From assembly GCA_009694025.1 (NCBI GenBank), contig SHVZ01000006.1, positions 990 to 64,989 on the forward strand: DNA of 64,000 bases. The letters run 5' to 3'. The notes under the pieces were generated by a model that had not been told where the DNA came from, searched no databases, and worked only from the letters and a program-made list of their open reading frames with translations. Shown one piece after another: positions 50,673 through 64,000 of this stretch (its first letter is position 1; the number at the start of each line of letters is the position of its first letter). The position numbers were made by a program, and so were the translations under genes. This stretch comes from Alphaproteobacteria bacterium (GTDB lineage: Bacteria > Pseudomonadota > Alphaproteobacteria > SHVZ01).

Positions 50673-52013
50673 TCATGCCGCGGGCGGCGGGTTGTTCAGG
50701 ATCTGGGCGAGCTGGGCATAGCCGGTGGCGAGATCGCAGCGTTCGTCCTTATCCTGCTTGAGGAAGCCTTCCAGCAGCGGGTTGTAGGCGATCGCCTGGT
50801 CGACCTGGGGATCGGTACCGCGCCGATAGGCGCCGAGGCGGATCAGCTCCGCCATGTCCTCGTAGGTGCTGAGGAGCGCGCGGGCCCGCACCACCAGATC
50901 GTTCTCCTCGGGGTTGTTGCAGGCCGGCATGGCGCGCGAGATCGAGCGCAGCAGGTTGATCGCCGGATAGCGTCCGCGCTCGGCGATCTGGCGCTCCAGC
51001 ACGATGTGGCCGTCGATGATGCCACGGACGGCGTCGGCGATCGGCTCGTTGTGGTCGTCGCCTTCGACCAGCACGGCGAAGAGGCCGGTGATCGCCCCCT
51101 TGCCGGTGCCGGGCCCGGCGCGTTCGAGCAGGCGCGGAAGCTCGGTGAAGACCGTCGGCGTGTAGCCCTTGGAGGCCGGCGGCTCACCGGCGGAGAGGCC
51201 GATCTCGCGCTGGGCCATGGCGAATCGCGTGATCGAATCGATCAGGCACAGCACCTCCATGTCCTGGTCGCGGAAGTACTCGCTCACGGTCAGCGTCAGG
51301 TAGGCGGCCTGGCGGCGCATCAGCGGCGATTCGTCCGAGGTCGCGACGACTATGACCGAGCGCGCCAATCCCTCGGGCCCGAGGATGTCCTGGATGAACT
51401 CCTGCACCTCGCGGCCGCGCTCGCCGACCAGGCCGATGACGTTGACGTCGGCCGAGGTATAGCGGGCGATCATCGACATCGTCACCGACTTGCCGACGCC
51501 CGAGCCGGCGAAGATGCCCATGCGCTGGCCTTCGACGGTGGTGAGGAAGGTGTTGAGGGCGCGCACGCCCAGATCGACCTTGCCGCCGAGGCGGCGGCGG
51601 GCATGGGCCGGCGGCGGGTTGGCCCGGAGCGGATAGGGGACGCGGCCGTTGCCGAGCGGGCCGAGGCCGTCCATCGGGTCGCCCATGGCGTTCACCACGC
51701 GGCCGAGCCAGGACTTGTCGGGAAAGGCGACGGGCTCGGATTCCGCCACCTCGGCCCGGCTGCCGACGCCGACCCCCTCGAGGCTGACGAAGGGCATGAC
51801 CAGGGCCCGGTCCTTGCGGAATCCCACAACCTCGCAAGGCACCCGCCGGCCGCCGCGGGCAAGCAGATGGCAGCGGTCGCCGATCGAAAGCTGGCGTTCG
51901 ACGCCGCCGACCTCGACCAGCATGCCGAGGATCGAGGCGACCCGGCCGAACAGCCGGTACTCCGACAGCTTCTCAAGCTGGTCGACGGCCTGTCTCAACG
52001 GGTTGACGTGCAT
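50673..52013 (-). CDS. fliI: Flagellar export ATPase FliI
   Basis: [39 protein letters not shown]. Confidence 0.95.
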   Translation of the reverse strand: MHVNPLRQAVDQLEKLSEYRLFGRVASILGMLVEVGGVERQLSIGDRCHLLARGGRRVPCEVVGFRKDRALVMPFVSLEGVGVGSRAEVAESEPVAFPDKSWLGRVVNAMGDPMDGLGPLGNGRVPYPLRANPPPAHARRRLGGKVDLGVRALNTFLTTVEGQRMGIFAGSGVGKSVTMSMIARYTSADVNVIGLVGERGREVQEFIQDILGPEGLARSVIVVATSDESPLMRRQAAYLTLTVSEYFRDQDMEVLCLIDSITRFAMAQREIGLSAGEPPASKGYTPTVFTELPRLLERAGPGTGKGAITGLFAVLVEGDDHNEPIADAVRGIIDGHIVLERQIAERGRYPAINLLRSISRAMPACNNPEENDLVVRARALLSTYEDMAELIRLGAYRRGTDPQVDQAIAYNPLLEGFLKQDKDERCDLATGYAQLAQILNNPPPAA

Positions 52014-52132
52014 CGGCCCAGCCCCACAAGGGTTTGATGATCCCGGCGGTCCCGCGTTTGTGATGCTGCGCCGGGCGGAGCGACGGCGCATCCTATCACG
52101 GAAGCGGGAGGAGGGCGCCCGTCGACCGTGCT

Positions 52133-52189
52133 GTTAACTAAGTTTTAGGAACTTGTTAATAGGATCGGTTAACCTTCATGGGGGTTAAC
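52133..52189. promoter_or_regulatory. CtrA-binding array in the divergent fliI/ctrA promoter region
   Basis: TTAA-N7-TTAG at 52134-52148, plus GTTAA half-sites at 52155, 52168 and 52184 in an AT-rich patch. Confidence 0.75.
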
Positions 52190-52190
52190 G

Positions 52191-52889
52191 ATGCGTGTCC
52201 TTCTGGTTGAAGACGATTCCGCCACCGCGCGGTCCATCGAGCTGATGCTCCGCTCCAGCGGCTTCGTCGTCGATACGAGCGAGCTCGGCGAGGACGGGAT
52301 CGAGGGCGGCAAGCTCTACGACTACGACATCATCCTCCTCGACCTGATGTTGCCGGACATCGACGGCTATGAGGTGCTGCGGCGGCTCCGCACCCAGAAA
52401 GTGCGGACGCCAATCCTGATTCTTTCCGGCCTCTCGGAGATGGACAACAAGATCAAGGGTCTCGGCTTCGGCGCCGACGACTACCTGACCAAGCCCTTCG
52501 ACCGCCGCGAGCTGATCGCGCGCATCCAGGCGATCGTGCGCCGGTCCAAGGGCCATGCCGCCTCGGTGCTCCGCACCGGGCGCCTTAGCGTCGACCTCGG
52601 CGCCCACAAGGTCGAGATCGACGGCAACCCCGTGCACCTGACTGCCAAGGAGTACGGCATTCTCGAGCTTCTCTCGCTCCGCAAGGGCACGACGCTGACC
52701 AAGGAGATGTTCCTCAACCACCTCTACGGCGGCATGGACGAGCCGGAGCCGAAGATCATCGACGTCTTCATCTGCAAGCTCCGGAAGAAGATCGCCAAGG
52801 CCTCCGGCGGCGACAACTTCATCGAGACGGTCTGGGGCCGGGGCTACGTGCTCAAGGACCCGGCCGAGGTGAAGGCCAAGGCGAGCTGA
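52191..52889 (+). CDS. ctrA: Cell cycle response regulator CtrA
   Basis: [55 protein letters not shown]. Confidence 0.96.
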   Translation: MRVLLVEDDSATARSIELMLRSSGFVVDTSELGEDGIEGGKLYDYDIILLDLMLPDIDGYEVLRRLRTQKVRTPILILSGLSEMDNKIKGLGFGADDYLTKPFDRRELIARIQAIVRRSKGHAASVLRTGRLSVDLGAHKVEIDGNPVHLTAKEYGILELLSLRKGTTLTKEMFLNHLYGGMDEPEPKIIDVFICKLRKKIAKASGGDNFIETVWGRGYVLKDPAEVKAKAS

Positions 52890-52933
52890 CATCGCCGCCC
52901 GCCCCGGCCGCAAGCGCCGGCGCGGGGCCTTGT

Positions 52934-53578
52934 TTAGGCCAGCTTCAGCGTGAAGCCGACGCGGTCGGTGGACGCCTCCGTGACCACCTTGGCGCCGATC
53001 GCCTGGGCGAGGCGACCGACATAGGCGGCGCCGACGCTCCTCGGCTCGAGGCTGGCCGGATCCGGGGCCGTGCCGGCGGCAAACGCCGACAGGACGGCTT
53101 CGGCCACAGCCTCGATCCGCGCGCCCGTCCCGGTCGCGACCACGCGCCCGCCCGCCGGGGCGTCGACCGCGACCGCAAGCGTGCCGCCCCGCGGCAGGGA
53201 TTCGGCGGCAAGCGCGATCAGCCCAGAGAGAACCTTGAGCCCGCTTCGCGGCAGGGCGGTCGCCGCGTCCTCGGGCCGGGCCGGCCAGTCGAGCGCGACC
53301 TTGCCGCCGGCGAGGAAACCCTCGGCGAAACCCCGCACCTGCTGGACGCTCTGGCCCTCGTCATGGCCGGCGAAACCGTAGGCGACGCGGAAGAAGGAGA
53401 TCCGCTTCGTCGCCCGGTCGGCCGATGAGGCGACCAGGTCGAGGGCATCCTTCCGCGTGGTGTCGTCGAGCTCCGAAAGGAGCTCGACCCCGATGGCGAT
53501 CGCACCGACCGGGTTGATCAGGTCGTGGCAGAGGCGGGAGGCAAGCATTTCCGCCAGCTTGAGATCGAAGGCGCTCAT
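52934..53578 (-). CDS. chpT: Histidine phosphotransferase ChpT
   Basis: LASRLCHDLINPVGAI..GVELL, FFRVAYG; convergent with ctrA. Confidence 0.9.
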   Translation of the reverse strand: MSAFDLKLAEMLASRLCHDLINPVGAIAIGVELLSELDDTTRKDALDLVASSADRATKRISFFRVAYGFAGHDEGQSVQQVRGFAEGFLAGGKVALDWPARPEDAATALPRSGLKVLSGLIALAAESLPRGGTLAVAVDAPAGGRVVATGTGARIEAVAEAVLSAFAAGTAPDPASLEPRSVGAAYVGRLAQAIGAKVVTEASTDRVGFTLKLA

Positions 53579-53731
53579 CGGTGTCCCTTGCATCGCGGTC
53601 AACCCATACGGCACGCGGCCGGATTTCCCAAGTTCCGTTCCGGCCCCGCCGTCCCGGCCGGGCGACGGGTACCCGTCGCCCGCACGGCCGACTTTGCCTA
53701 TATTGCAAGCAGACCATCGGAGCCAACGCCT

Positions 53732-53917
53732 TTGTCCGCTGACCTCGCCCCCGGCGCCCTGGTGCGCCACCCCGACCGCCCGGACTGGGGCCTGGGCCAG
53801 GTCCAGTCGGCGATCGGCGGGCGCATCACCGTCAATTTCGAGAACGCCGGCAAGCTCCTGATCAACGCCGACGTGGTCACCCTCGAAGAAGTCGCCGCGG
53901 CGACCGAAGCGGAGTAG
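53732..53917 (+). CDS. DUF3553 family small protein
   Basis: PGALVRHPDRPDWGLGQVQS..VNFENAGK; TTG start with GGAG RBS. Confidence 0.8.
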   Translation: MSADLAPGALVRHPDRPDWGLGQVQSAIGGRITVNFENAGKLLINADVVTLEEVAAATEAE

Positions 53918-53928
53918 ACTGCACGGCG

Positions 53929-54333
53929 ATGTTTCGCGCCCTCATCCTCATCTTCGCCGTCTTCGGCGTGCCCGTCGTCGCCGCACTGACGGTGCCGTCG
54001 GTCGCGTTGGCGCAATCGAAGGAAGAAAAGGCCAAGAAGGCGAAGGAAAAGCAGCGGGGCGCGCCGGGCAAGAAGCAGGAGCCGGTAATCAGCCAGCTTC
54101 CGGGCATCAGCGACGACGCCCGATGCCAAGCGGAGATCGCTGTTGCCGCCTTCAAGCGGCTGGGGGCTCTATCGGTGCTGCTCTACATGCCGAGCGGGCT
54201 CGCCAACGCCGCCGCCGCCGGCAACACCGCCGCTTTCGGCTATTGCGCGCAGAATCCGAAAGCCTGCGCCGACTCGGCCGAGGTGCTGCTGCCCAAGGTC
54301 GGCGAGCTGCCGCCGAGCTGCGAAGACGGCTAA
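53929..54333 (+). CDS. Exported hypothetical protein (four Cys)
   Basis: Signal peptide ending ALA-Q; Lys-rich stretch. Confidence 0.65.
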   Translation: MFRALILIFAVFGVPVVAALTVPSVALAQSKEEKAKKAKEKQRGAPGKKQEPVISQLPGISDDARCQAEIAVAAFKRLGALSVLLYMPSGLANAAAAGNTAAFGYCAQNPKACADSAEVLLPKVGELPPSCEDG

Positions 54334-54938
54334 CCCGAGACCAGCCGCTCGGCCGCAGCCAGATCCTCCGGCGTATTGACGTTGAAGAACGGGTCGACGG
54401 GATCGGCCGGGAAATCGACGATGGCGAGACGGTGACGCCCGGTCCAGGCGTCGACCTTGCGCACACCCTCCTCGGTGACCGCCCGACGGAGATCTTCCCT
54501 GAGACTGAGCGGCCAGAGACCGATGACCGGGTGTGGGCGGCCATGTGAGGCGACGCAGACGAGTTCGGCCCCCTCCTCGGTGGCGACGATCAGGCGTGAG
54601 ACGAGGTCGCGCGGCAGGAATGGCGCATCGGTCGCCGCCGTCGCGATCCAGACCGCGTCGGGCGCGTGGGCCGCGGCCCAGTCGAGCCCGGCCAGCACGC
54701 CGGCAAGCGGGCCGGCGAACCCTTCGACCGAATCCGCGACCACCGGCAACCCGGTCGCGGCGAAGCGCCGGGGATCGCCATTGGCATTGAGGATGATCGG
54801 CCCGACCTGGGGCCTCAGGCGATCGATGACGCGTTCGAGGATGGGCCGGCCGCCGAGCAGCCTCAAGCTCTTGTCGCCGCCGCCCATGCGCCGGGACTGT
54901 CCCCCGGCCAGCAGGACGCCGACGACGCTCCGGGTCAT
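54330..54938 (-). CDS. mobA: Molybdenum cofactor guanylyltransferase
   Basis: LAGGQSRRMGGGDK, GPLAG, DAPF, FFNVNTPEDL. Confidence 0.94.
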   Translation of the reverse strand: MTRSVVGVLLAGGQSRRMGGGDKSLRLLGGRPILERVIDRLRPQVGPIILNANGDPRRFAATGLPVVADSVEGFAGPLAGVLAGLDWAAAHAPDAVWIATAATDAPFLPRDLVSRLIVATEEGAELVCVASHGRPHPVIGLWPLSLREDLRRAVTEEGVRKVDAWTGRHRLAIVDFPADPVDPFFNVNTPEDLAAAERLVSG

Positions 54939-54943
54939 CGCGG

Positions 54944-57592
<2,649 letters not shown>

Positions 57593-57821
57593 GGCTAAGG
57601 GGTGCCCTTGCGCGGAGGTCCGGCCGGGCGCGGTTGAGACGATCGGCGATCCCGGGAAAACGCTTCTATCCCCAGGCTTTGGGCGTGTCTAGGCACCATT
57701 CCGAACTCTTCCGCGGGGATTCCCCGACGATCCCGGCGCCTGCGGCCGGCCGGAGCCGCTTCGGGGTTGCATCGGCGGGCATGGTCGGATCATCTGGCGG
57801 CGGACGTTTCCTCCGGAGCCG

Positions 57822-59975
57822 ATGACCCGATCGCGACCGATGGACCCGGCGCTCGAGGCCGAGCTTGCCCGCGGCGTGGCCCTCCACCGCGCCGGACGCG
57901 CCGCCGACGCCGAAGCCGCCTACCGCGCGCTGCTGTCGAAGGCGCCCGACCATGCCCACGCGCTCAACTACCTCGGCACGCTGCTGGCCGCGGGCGGGCG
58001 GGCGGGCGAAGGCATCGAGCTGCTCAAACGCTCCGTCAGACAGGCACCCACAGTGCCGGAGCTACACCTCAACCTCGCGGATGCGTTGGCGGCGGCGGGA
58101 CACCTGGAAGCGGCCGAGTCCGTTCTCAAGCGCGCGGTCCAGCAGCGGCGGAGCCCTGAGGCGCTGACCAAGCTCGGGATGCTGCTGCTGCGCCAGGGCA
58201 AGCCGCAGCCGGCGGCGCATCGGCTCGAGCAGGCGCTCAAGCTCGACCCCGGCCATCTCCAGGCGCGCCACAGCCTCGCCATCCTCCGCGCCCAGCTCGG
58301 GGACACAGCGGCGGCAGGGAGGCTGCTGCGAGACACCCTTGCACTCGCTCCCGGCCATATCGATGCCCTCAACGCGCTGGCCATGCTCGATCAGAAGTCA
58401 GGTGATCTTGCATCGGCGGCGACACGGCTGCGGCGCGTGGTCGGCCTGTCGCCGCTGTTCTCTGCGGCACTCGGCAACCTCGCCGTCGTCCTCGATCAGC
58501 AGGGTAAGAAAGACGAGGCGACAGGTCATTTCCGGCAGGCCCTCGCGCTTCTGCCCGGCGAGGCGCCGGCCTGGACCAATCTCGCCAACCTCGCTCAGGA
58601 CCGCGGACGCCCATCGACGGCGGAGCGACTTCTCAGGCGAGCTCTCTGCGGGCAAAAGGAGAGCGCCGGGATCTGGAGCAATCTCGGACGGGCCCTCAAT
58701 GCCCAGGGCCGGACGCCGGCGGCGATCGCGGCCTACCGGCGCGCGCTCACCGTCGACCCCACGCACCTGCCGGCGCGAAGCAACCTGCTCTTCGCCCTCA
58801 GCTACGCCGCCGAGACGACCAACGACCTGCTGTTCGACACAGCCCGGCGCAGCCTCGACGGCTTCGGCCTCAAGGAGCGCGAGCGGCCACCGCGCCGGGA
58901 GGCCGCAGGACGCCTCAAGATCGCCGTCGCCTCGACCGACCTCCGCGACCATCCGGTCGGCCGCAACGTCCTCGGCATCTTCGAACACCATCAGCGGGTC
59001 GAGCTCCACGCCTTCGTCGATGCCGTCGCCGACGACCCGATGACGGCGGCGTTTCGCCGCCATGCGGACGGCTGGCGGTCGACCGTCGGCCTCGCCGACG
59101 CCGAGGTCGCGGACGAGATCCGGCGGAGCGGCATGGACGCGCTGGTGGTGCTGGCCGGCCACACCTCGCACAACCGCCCGCTGCTCGCCGCCTGCCGCGG
59201 CGCGCCGGTCCAGATCAGCTTCCACGACCTGCTGACGAGCGGCCTTCCGGCGATGGACTGGTGGGTGACCGACCGGGTCCTCCACCCCGACGCGACGGCG
59301 GAGGGGTTCGTCGAGCGCCTCTGGCGCCTGCCCAACTTCTATCTGCACCGGCCGCCGGCCGACCGGCCCGGCCTCACCCCGCTTCCGGGGGACGAGCGGG
59401 GCCACGTCACCTTCGTGTCGTGCAACCACCCGGCCAAGCACACGCCGGAGGTGGTAGCGCTTTGGGCCCGCGTCCTCGACGGCGTTCCCGGCTCGCGGCT
59501 CCTCCTCAAGTATCTCGACGTCTACGGCGACGACGCGGTCAGGCGGCGCTACCTGGAGCTGTTCGAGGGACACGGCATCGCCCCGGATCGGCTCGAGTTC
59601 CGCACCGGCCGCCTGTCGCAACGCGACCAGCTGGCGCTCCTCGGCGAGGGCGACATTGCGCTGGATCCGTTCCCGTTCAACGGCTCGACCACCACCTTTG
59701 AGTCGCTGTGGATGGGTGTCCCGGTGGTGACGCTGGCCGGCGACCGCTTCGTCGGTCGCGTCGGCGCGAGCGTCTTGACCCAGCTCGGCCTCGAAGAGCT
59801 GATCGCCGGCGACCGGGAGTCCTACGTGAGCACGGCGATCGATCTCGCCGGCGATCGGCGCCGGCTGGCGGCGCTGCGCCGGGATCTTAGGAGACGCCTG
59901 CTCGCCTCGCCCCTCTGCGACGCCCCCGGCTACACCCGTACGTTCGAGGCCGCGCTCATCGAGATGGCGGGGTAG
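57822..59975 (+). CDS. TPR-repeat GT41 (OGT/SPINDLY-like) glycosyltransferase
   Basis: Multiple TPR repeats followed by [43 protein letters not shown]. Confidence 0.88.
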   Translation: MTRSRPMDPALEAELARGVALHRAGRAADAEAAYRALLSKAPDHAHALNYLGTLLAAGGRAGEGIELLKRSVRQAPTVPELHLNLADALAAAGHLEAAESVLKRAVQQRRSPEALTKLGMLLLRQGKPQPAAHRLEQALKLDPGHLQARHSLAILRAQLGDTAAAGRLLRDTLALAPGHIDALNALAMLDQKSGDLASAATRLRRVVGLSPLFSAALGNLAVVLDQQGKKDEATGHFRQALALLPGEAPAWTNLANLAQDRGRPSTAERLLRRALCGQKESAGIWSNLGRALNAQGRTPAAIAAYRRALTVDPTHLPARSNLLFALSYAAETTNDLLFDTARRSLDGFGLKERERPPRREAAGRLKIAVASTDLRDHPVGRNVLGIFEHHQRVELHAFVDAVADDPMTAAFRRHADGWRSTVGLADAEVADEIRRSGMDALVVLAGHTSHNRPLLAACRGAPVQISFHDLLTSGLPAMDWWVTDRVLHPDATAEGFVERLWRLPNFYLHRPPADRPGLTPLPGDERGHVTFVSCNHPAKHTPEVVALWARVLDGVPGSRLLLKYLDVYGDDAVRRRYLELFEGHGIAPDRLEFRTGRLSQRDQLALLGEGDIALDPFPFNGSTTTFESLWMGVPVVTLAGDRFVGRVGASVLTQLGLEELIAGDRESYVSTAIDLAGDRRRLAALRRDLRRRLLASPLCDAPGYTRTFEAALIEMAG

Positions 59976-60063
59976 GACCCAAACGCGGCGCGGCGGCAGG
60001 GCGCCCCGTCCACCAAGTCGCCCGGCCGCCGCGTCCTCGCGCTCGACCCCTTGGAGCCGCCGG

Positions 60064-61128
<1,065 letters not shown>

Positions 61129-61181
61129 CGGATGGGATCCCCTCTTGCCATGGCGCCCTCAGCGGCGCAACGAACCCGATC

Positions 61182-61230
61182 GTGCCTATTTTGTTCTCCG
61201 ATTTCAAGAGAAAAACTTCACGTTTTGTTC
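61182..61230 (-). promoter_or_regulatory. Two alphaproteobacterial LexA (SOS) boxes upstream of recA
   Basis: GTGC-N7-GTTC (61182-61196) and CTTC-N7-GTTC (61216-61230); consensus GTTC-N7-GTTC. Confidence 0.75.
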
Positions 61231-61398
61231 CGCCCGTCTTAGCGACTGAAAGAGAAGCCATTCTGACGTTTCCGGCCCTCGCTTGACGGAGTTCGGGCCG
61301 ACCCGCACGATCCCCGCCGGCGGCGTTTCGCCGGCCCCTCCCTGGCCGGACGACACGCCGGCCATTCGCTTCTCTCCGACCCCCAAGGACCGACCCCC

Positions 61399-62988
61399 AT
61401 GATTCGGAAGACACTCATCCGGCTCGCGACCGGCACGGCCATCGCCGCCGCCCTCGCGCTCCCGGCCCATGCCCAGAAGAAGACCACGCTGGTCATCGGT
61501 CTCGACATCTCGGACGGGCGGAACTACGACCCGGCGCGCTCGGCCGACCTGACGCCGCCGCTCACCATGGGCGCGGTCTCCGACACGCTCCTGACCCTCT
61601 CGACCGACGACCTCGTCAACGTCAAGCCGTCGCTGGCGACGACGTGGACTCTGGTCAACAACGCCGCCGCCTGGCGCTTCCAGCTCCGCCCCGGCGTCAA
61701 GTTCTGGAACGGCGACGTGATGACCGCCGAGGACGTCAAGTTCTCGCTCGACCGCCTGGTCAACGTGAAGGACCAGCCGGCCAGCTACGCCGCCAACATG
61801 GGCGAGGTGACGATCGTCGGCCCGATGACGGTCGAGATCGCCATGAAGAACCCGAAGGAGCCGCTGCTGCTCGACCTGACGGCACCGTCCTTCGCCATCT
61901 ACTCGGCCAAGGTCGCCAAGGCCAACGGCGCCGTCTCCACGCCCGGCGCCGACCAGACCGACAAGGCGACCCAGTGGCTCAACAACAACTCCGCCGGCAC
62001 CGGTCCCTACTACATGACCGGCTGGGAGCGGAACGTCAGCGTCACCATGCAGAAGAACCCCAACTACTGGGGCACGCCCGCCGCCTTCGAGCGGGTCGTC
62101 GTCCGCCATATCGCCGACGGCGCCGCCCAGCTTCTCGCCGTCCGCCGCGGCGACGTCGACATCGCCATGAACCTCTCGGCCGAGCAGCTCGACAGCCTCA
62201 AGGGCAACGCCGACGTCACCGTCATCCAGGGCGGCTCGACCGACACGCTCTATTTCATGATGACCAGCAATCCGGATATGAACGCGACGCTCGCCAAGAA
62301 GGAGGCCCGTCAGGCGGTGGCCGCCGCCATCGACTATGACGGCCTGATCAAGGGCCTGGTCGGCGGCTTCGCCGACCGGCCGCCGTCGTTCCTGCCGGCG
62401 GGCATCGCCGGGACCACGCTCGAGCAGACCAAGGAGTTCGGCTTCAAGGAAGACCTGACGAAGGCGAAGGCGTTGCTGGCCGCGGCCGGCGTGCCCAACG
62501 GCTTCGAGTTCGAGCTGATCTATCCGAACGCCGCCTATTTCTCGACCTCCTACCAGTTGATGACGCAGAAGATCCAGGCGGACCTGGCGCGCGTCGGCAT
62601 CAAGATGACCTTGAAGCCGATGGACAACGTCAACTGGCGGGCCCAGTTCAACGGCGCCAAGTCCCAGGCGACCATCGCGCCGTGGAACTCGCCCTCGCCG
62701 AACCCCTACCTCTGGACCGGCGCCTCGGTGCAGCGCGTCGCCAAGCGCATGGGCTGGGATCCGTCGAAGGAGATCAACGACCTGGTCTCGCAGGGTGCCG
62801 CCGAGAACGACGTCGCCAAGCAGGCGACGATCTACAAGCGCTACCAGCAGATCCTGATCGAGAACGCCAACTACGCGACCCTGATGCAGCCGATCTACCG
62901 GGTCGCCGCGCACAAGAACGTCGCCAACGTCAAGCTGACGCCGAACGTCTGGAAGATGGAGCTGGCGCAGATCAAGCCGGCGTCGTGA
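61399..62988 (+). CDS. ABC dipeptide/oligopeptide substrate-binding protein
   Basis: Signal peptide; [29 protein letters not shown]. Confidence 0.92.
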   Translation: MIRKTLIRLATGTAIAAALALPAHAQKKTTLVIGLDISDGRNYDPARSADLTPPLTMGAVSDTLLTLSTDDLVNVKPSLATTWTLVNNAAAWRFQLRPGVKFWNGDVMTAEDVKFSLDRLVNVKDQPASYAANMGEVTIVGPMTVEIAMKNPKEPLLLDLTAPSFAIYSAKVAKANGAVSTPGADQTDKATQWLNNNSAGTGPYYMTGWERNVSVTMQKNPNYWGTPAAFERVVVRHIADGAAQLLAVRRGDVDIAMNLSAEQLDSLKGNADVTVIQGGSTDTLYFMMTSNPDMNATLAKKEARQAVAAAIDYDGLIKGLVGGFADRPPSFLPAGIAGTTLEQTKEFGFKEDLTKAKALLAAAGVPNGFEFELIYPNAAYFSTSYQLMTQKIQADLARVGIKMTLKPMDNVNWRAQFNGAKSQATIAPWNSPSPNPYLWTGASVQRVAKRMGWDPSKEINDLVSQGAAENDVAKQATIYKRYQQILIENANYATLMQPIYRVAAHKNVANVKLTPNVWKMELAQIKPAS

Positions 62989-63014
62989 CCATCGGCTGAC
63001 CTAGCCGTCATCAG

Positions 63015-64000
63015 GTGTTCCGCTACCTGGTGATGCGCGTCGCCGGCATGGCCGTCATGGCCGTGCTGGCGACGCTCGTCGTCTTCCTGATCGCGACGCA
63101 GGTGCCGGGCGATCCCGTGCTGGCCCAGCTCGGCGACCTCCAGGCCTCCGACCCGCAGATGGTCGCCCGCTATCGCGCCCGCTGGGGGCTCGATCGGCCG
63201 CTGTGGGAGCAGTACTGGATCTTCATCTCCGGCATCTTTCACGGCGATTTCGGCATGTCGATCTCGACCCAGCGTCCGGTCTTCGACGACATCCGCCAAT
63301 ACGCGCCGGCGACCGTCGAGCTGGCGACGATCTCCTTCCTGCTCTCGATCCTGGTCGGCGTGCCCCTAGGCGTGCTCGCCGCCGTCCGCCGCGATAGCTG
63401 GATCGACAACGTCGCCAGGTTCATCTCGCTCGCCGGCGTCTCCTCGCCGACCTTCTGGCTCGCCTTCATCATGCTGGCCCTCTTCTACGGCGGCCTGCAG
63501 ATCGCCCCCGGGCCCGGCCGCATCGACCTCGCCTTCCTGCCGCCGCGGCCGGTGACCGGGCTCTACCTGATCGACGCGGCGCTGGCCGGCGATTGGCCGG
63601 CCTGGCGCAACGTCGCTGCGCACCTCATCCTGCCGGCCATCGTGCTGGCCTCCGGCACGCTCGGCCTGATCACCCGCACGACCCGCGCCAGCATGCTGGA
63701 GGCGATGACCCAGGACTACGTCCGCGTCGCCCGCGCCAAGGGTTTGACCGAGCGTAAGGTCGTGCTCGGCCACCTGCTGCCGAACGCGCTGATCCCCGTG
63801 GTGACGCTGGGCGGCCTCGCCTACGCCGTGCTGCTGACCGGCGCGGTGATGACCGAGACGATCTTCTCGTGGCCCGGGCTCGGCCGCTACACCTTCCGGA
63901 GCGCGGTCGCCCTCGACTTCCCGGGCATCATGGGGATCACGCTGATCGTCGCCGTCGTCTATCTCGTGATCAACCTCCTGACCGACCTCTCCTACGCGCT
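63015..64000 (+). CDS. ABC permease DppB/OppB type; runs off the window end
   Basis: Manual translation: PGDP, GDFGMS, PATVELA, DYVRVARAKGL (EAA loop), ETIFSWPGLG. Confidence 0.88.
   Translation, partial: MFRYLVMRVAGMAVMAVLATLVVFLIATQVPGDPVLAQLGDLQASDPQMVARYRARWGLDRPLWEQYWIFISGIFHGDFGMSISTQRPVFDDIRQYAPATVELATISFLLSILVGVPLGVLAAVRRDSWIDNVARFISLAGVSSPTFWLAFIMLALFYGGLQIAPGPGRIDLAFLPPRPVTGLYLIDAALAGDWPAWRNVAAHLILPAIVLASGTLGLITRTTRASMLEAMTQDYVRVARAKGLTERKVVLGHLLPNALIPVVTLGGLAYAVLLTGAVMTETIFSWPGLGRYTFRSAVALDFPGIMGITLIVAVVYLVINLLTDLSYA

Overview
High-GC chromosomal window from an alphaproteobacterium (Rhodospirillales-like gene content and order; taxonomy inferred). It is mostly core genome: nadQ-nadA-nadC, suhB-ompA-motA/motB-like-DUF1244-gapR, class I lysS, murA-hisG-hisD-infA-maf-RNase G-yacG, tRNA-Thr(GGT), gcrA, fliJ/fliI, ctrA, chpT, mobA, alaS and recA. 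Accessory genes are interspersed: an IOR-opgC-SGNH operon, a desulfinase-type acyl-CoA dehydrogenase, a TAXI-TRAP transporter, ATP-grasp and persulfide dioxygenase genes, tandem MlrC peptidases, orphan peptide-binding proteins and a TPR-GT41 protein. I found no CRISPR array, integrase or transposase. Most notable: (1) opgC has no in-frame start; it is reachable by -1 slippage at GGGAAAA or by readthrough of the upstream amber stop, or else carries a 1-nt indel; (2) a non-flagellar MotA/MotB-like motor with an OmpA partner; (3) a basic mini-protein fused to a persulfide dioxygenase; (4) an unannotated 46-aa membrane protein; (5) a nad operon without nadB but with two clear NadQ boxes; (6) a cluster of GANTC sites upstream of gcrA. 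All family assignments come from motif recognition by eye; no searches were run.
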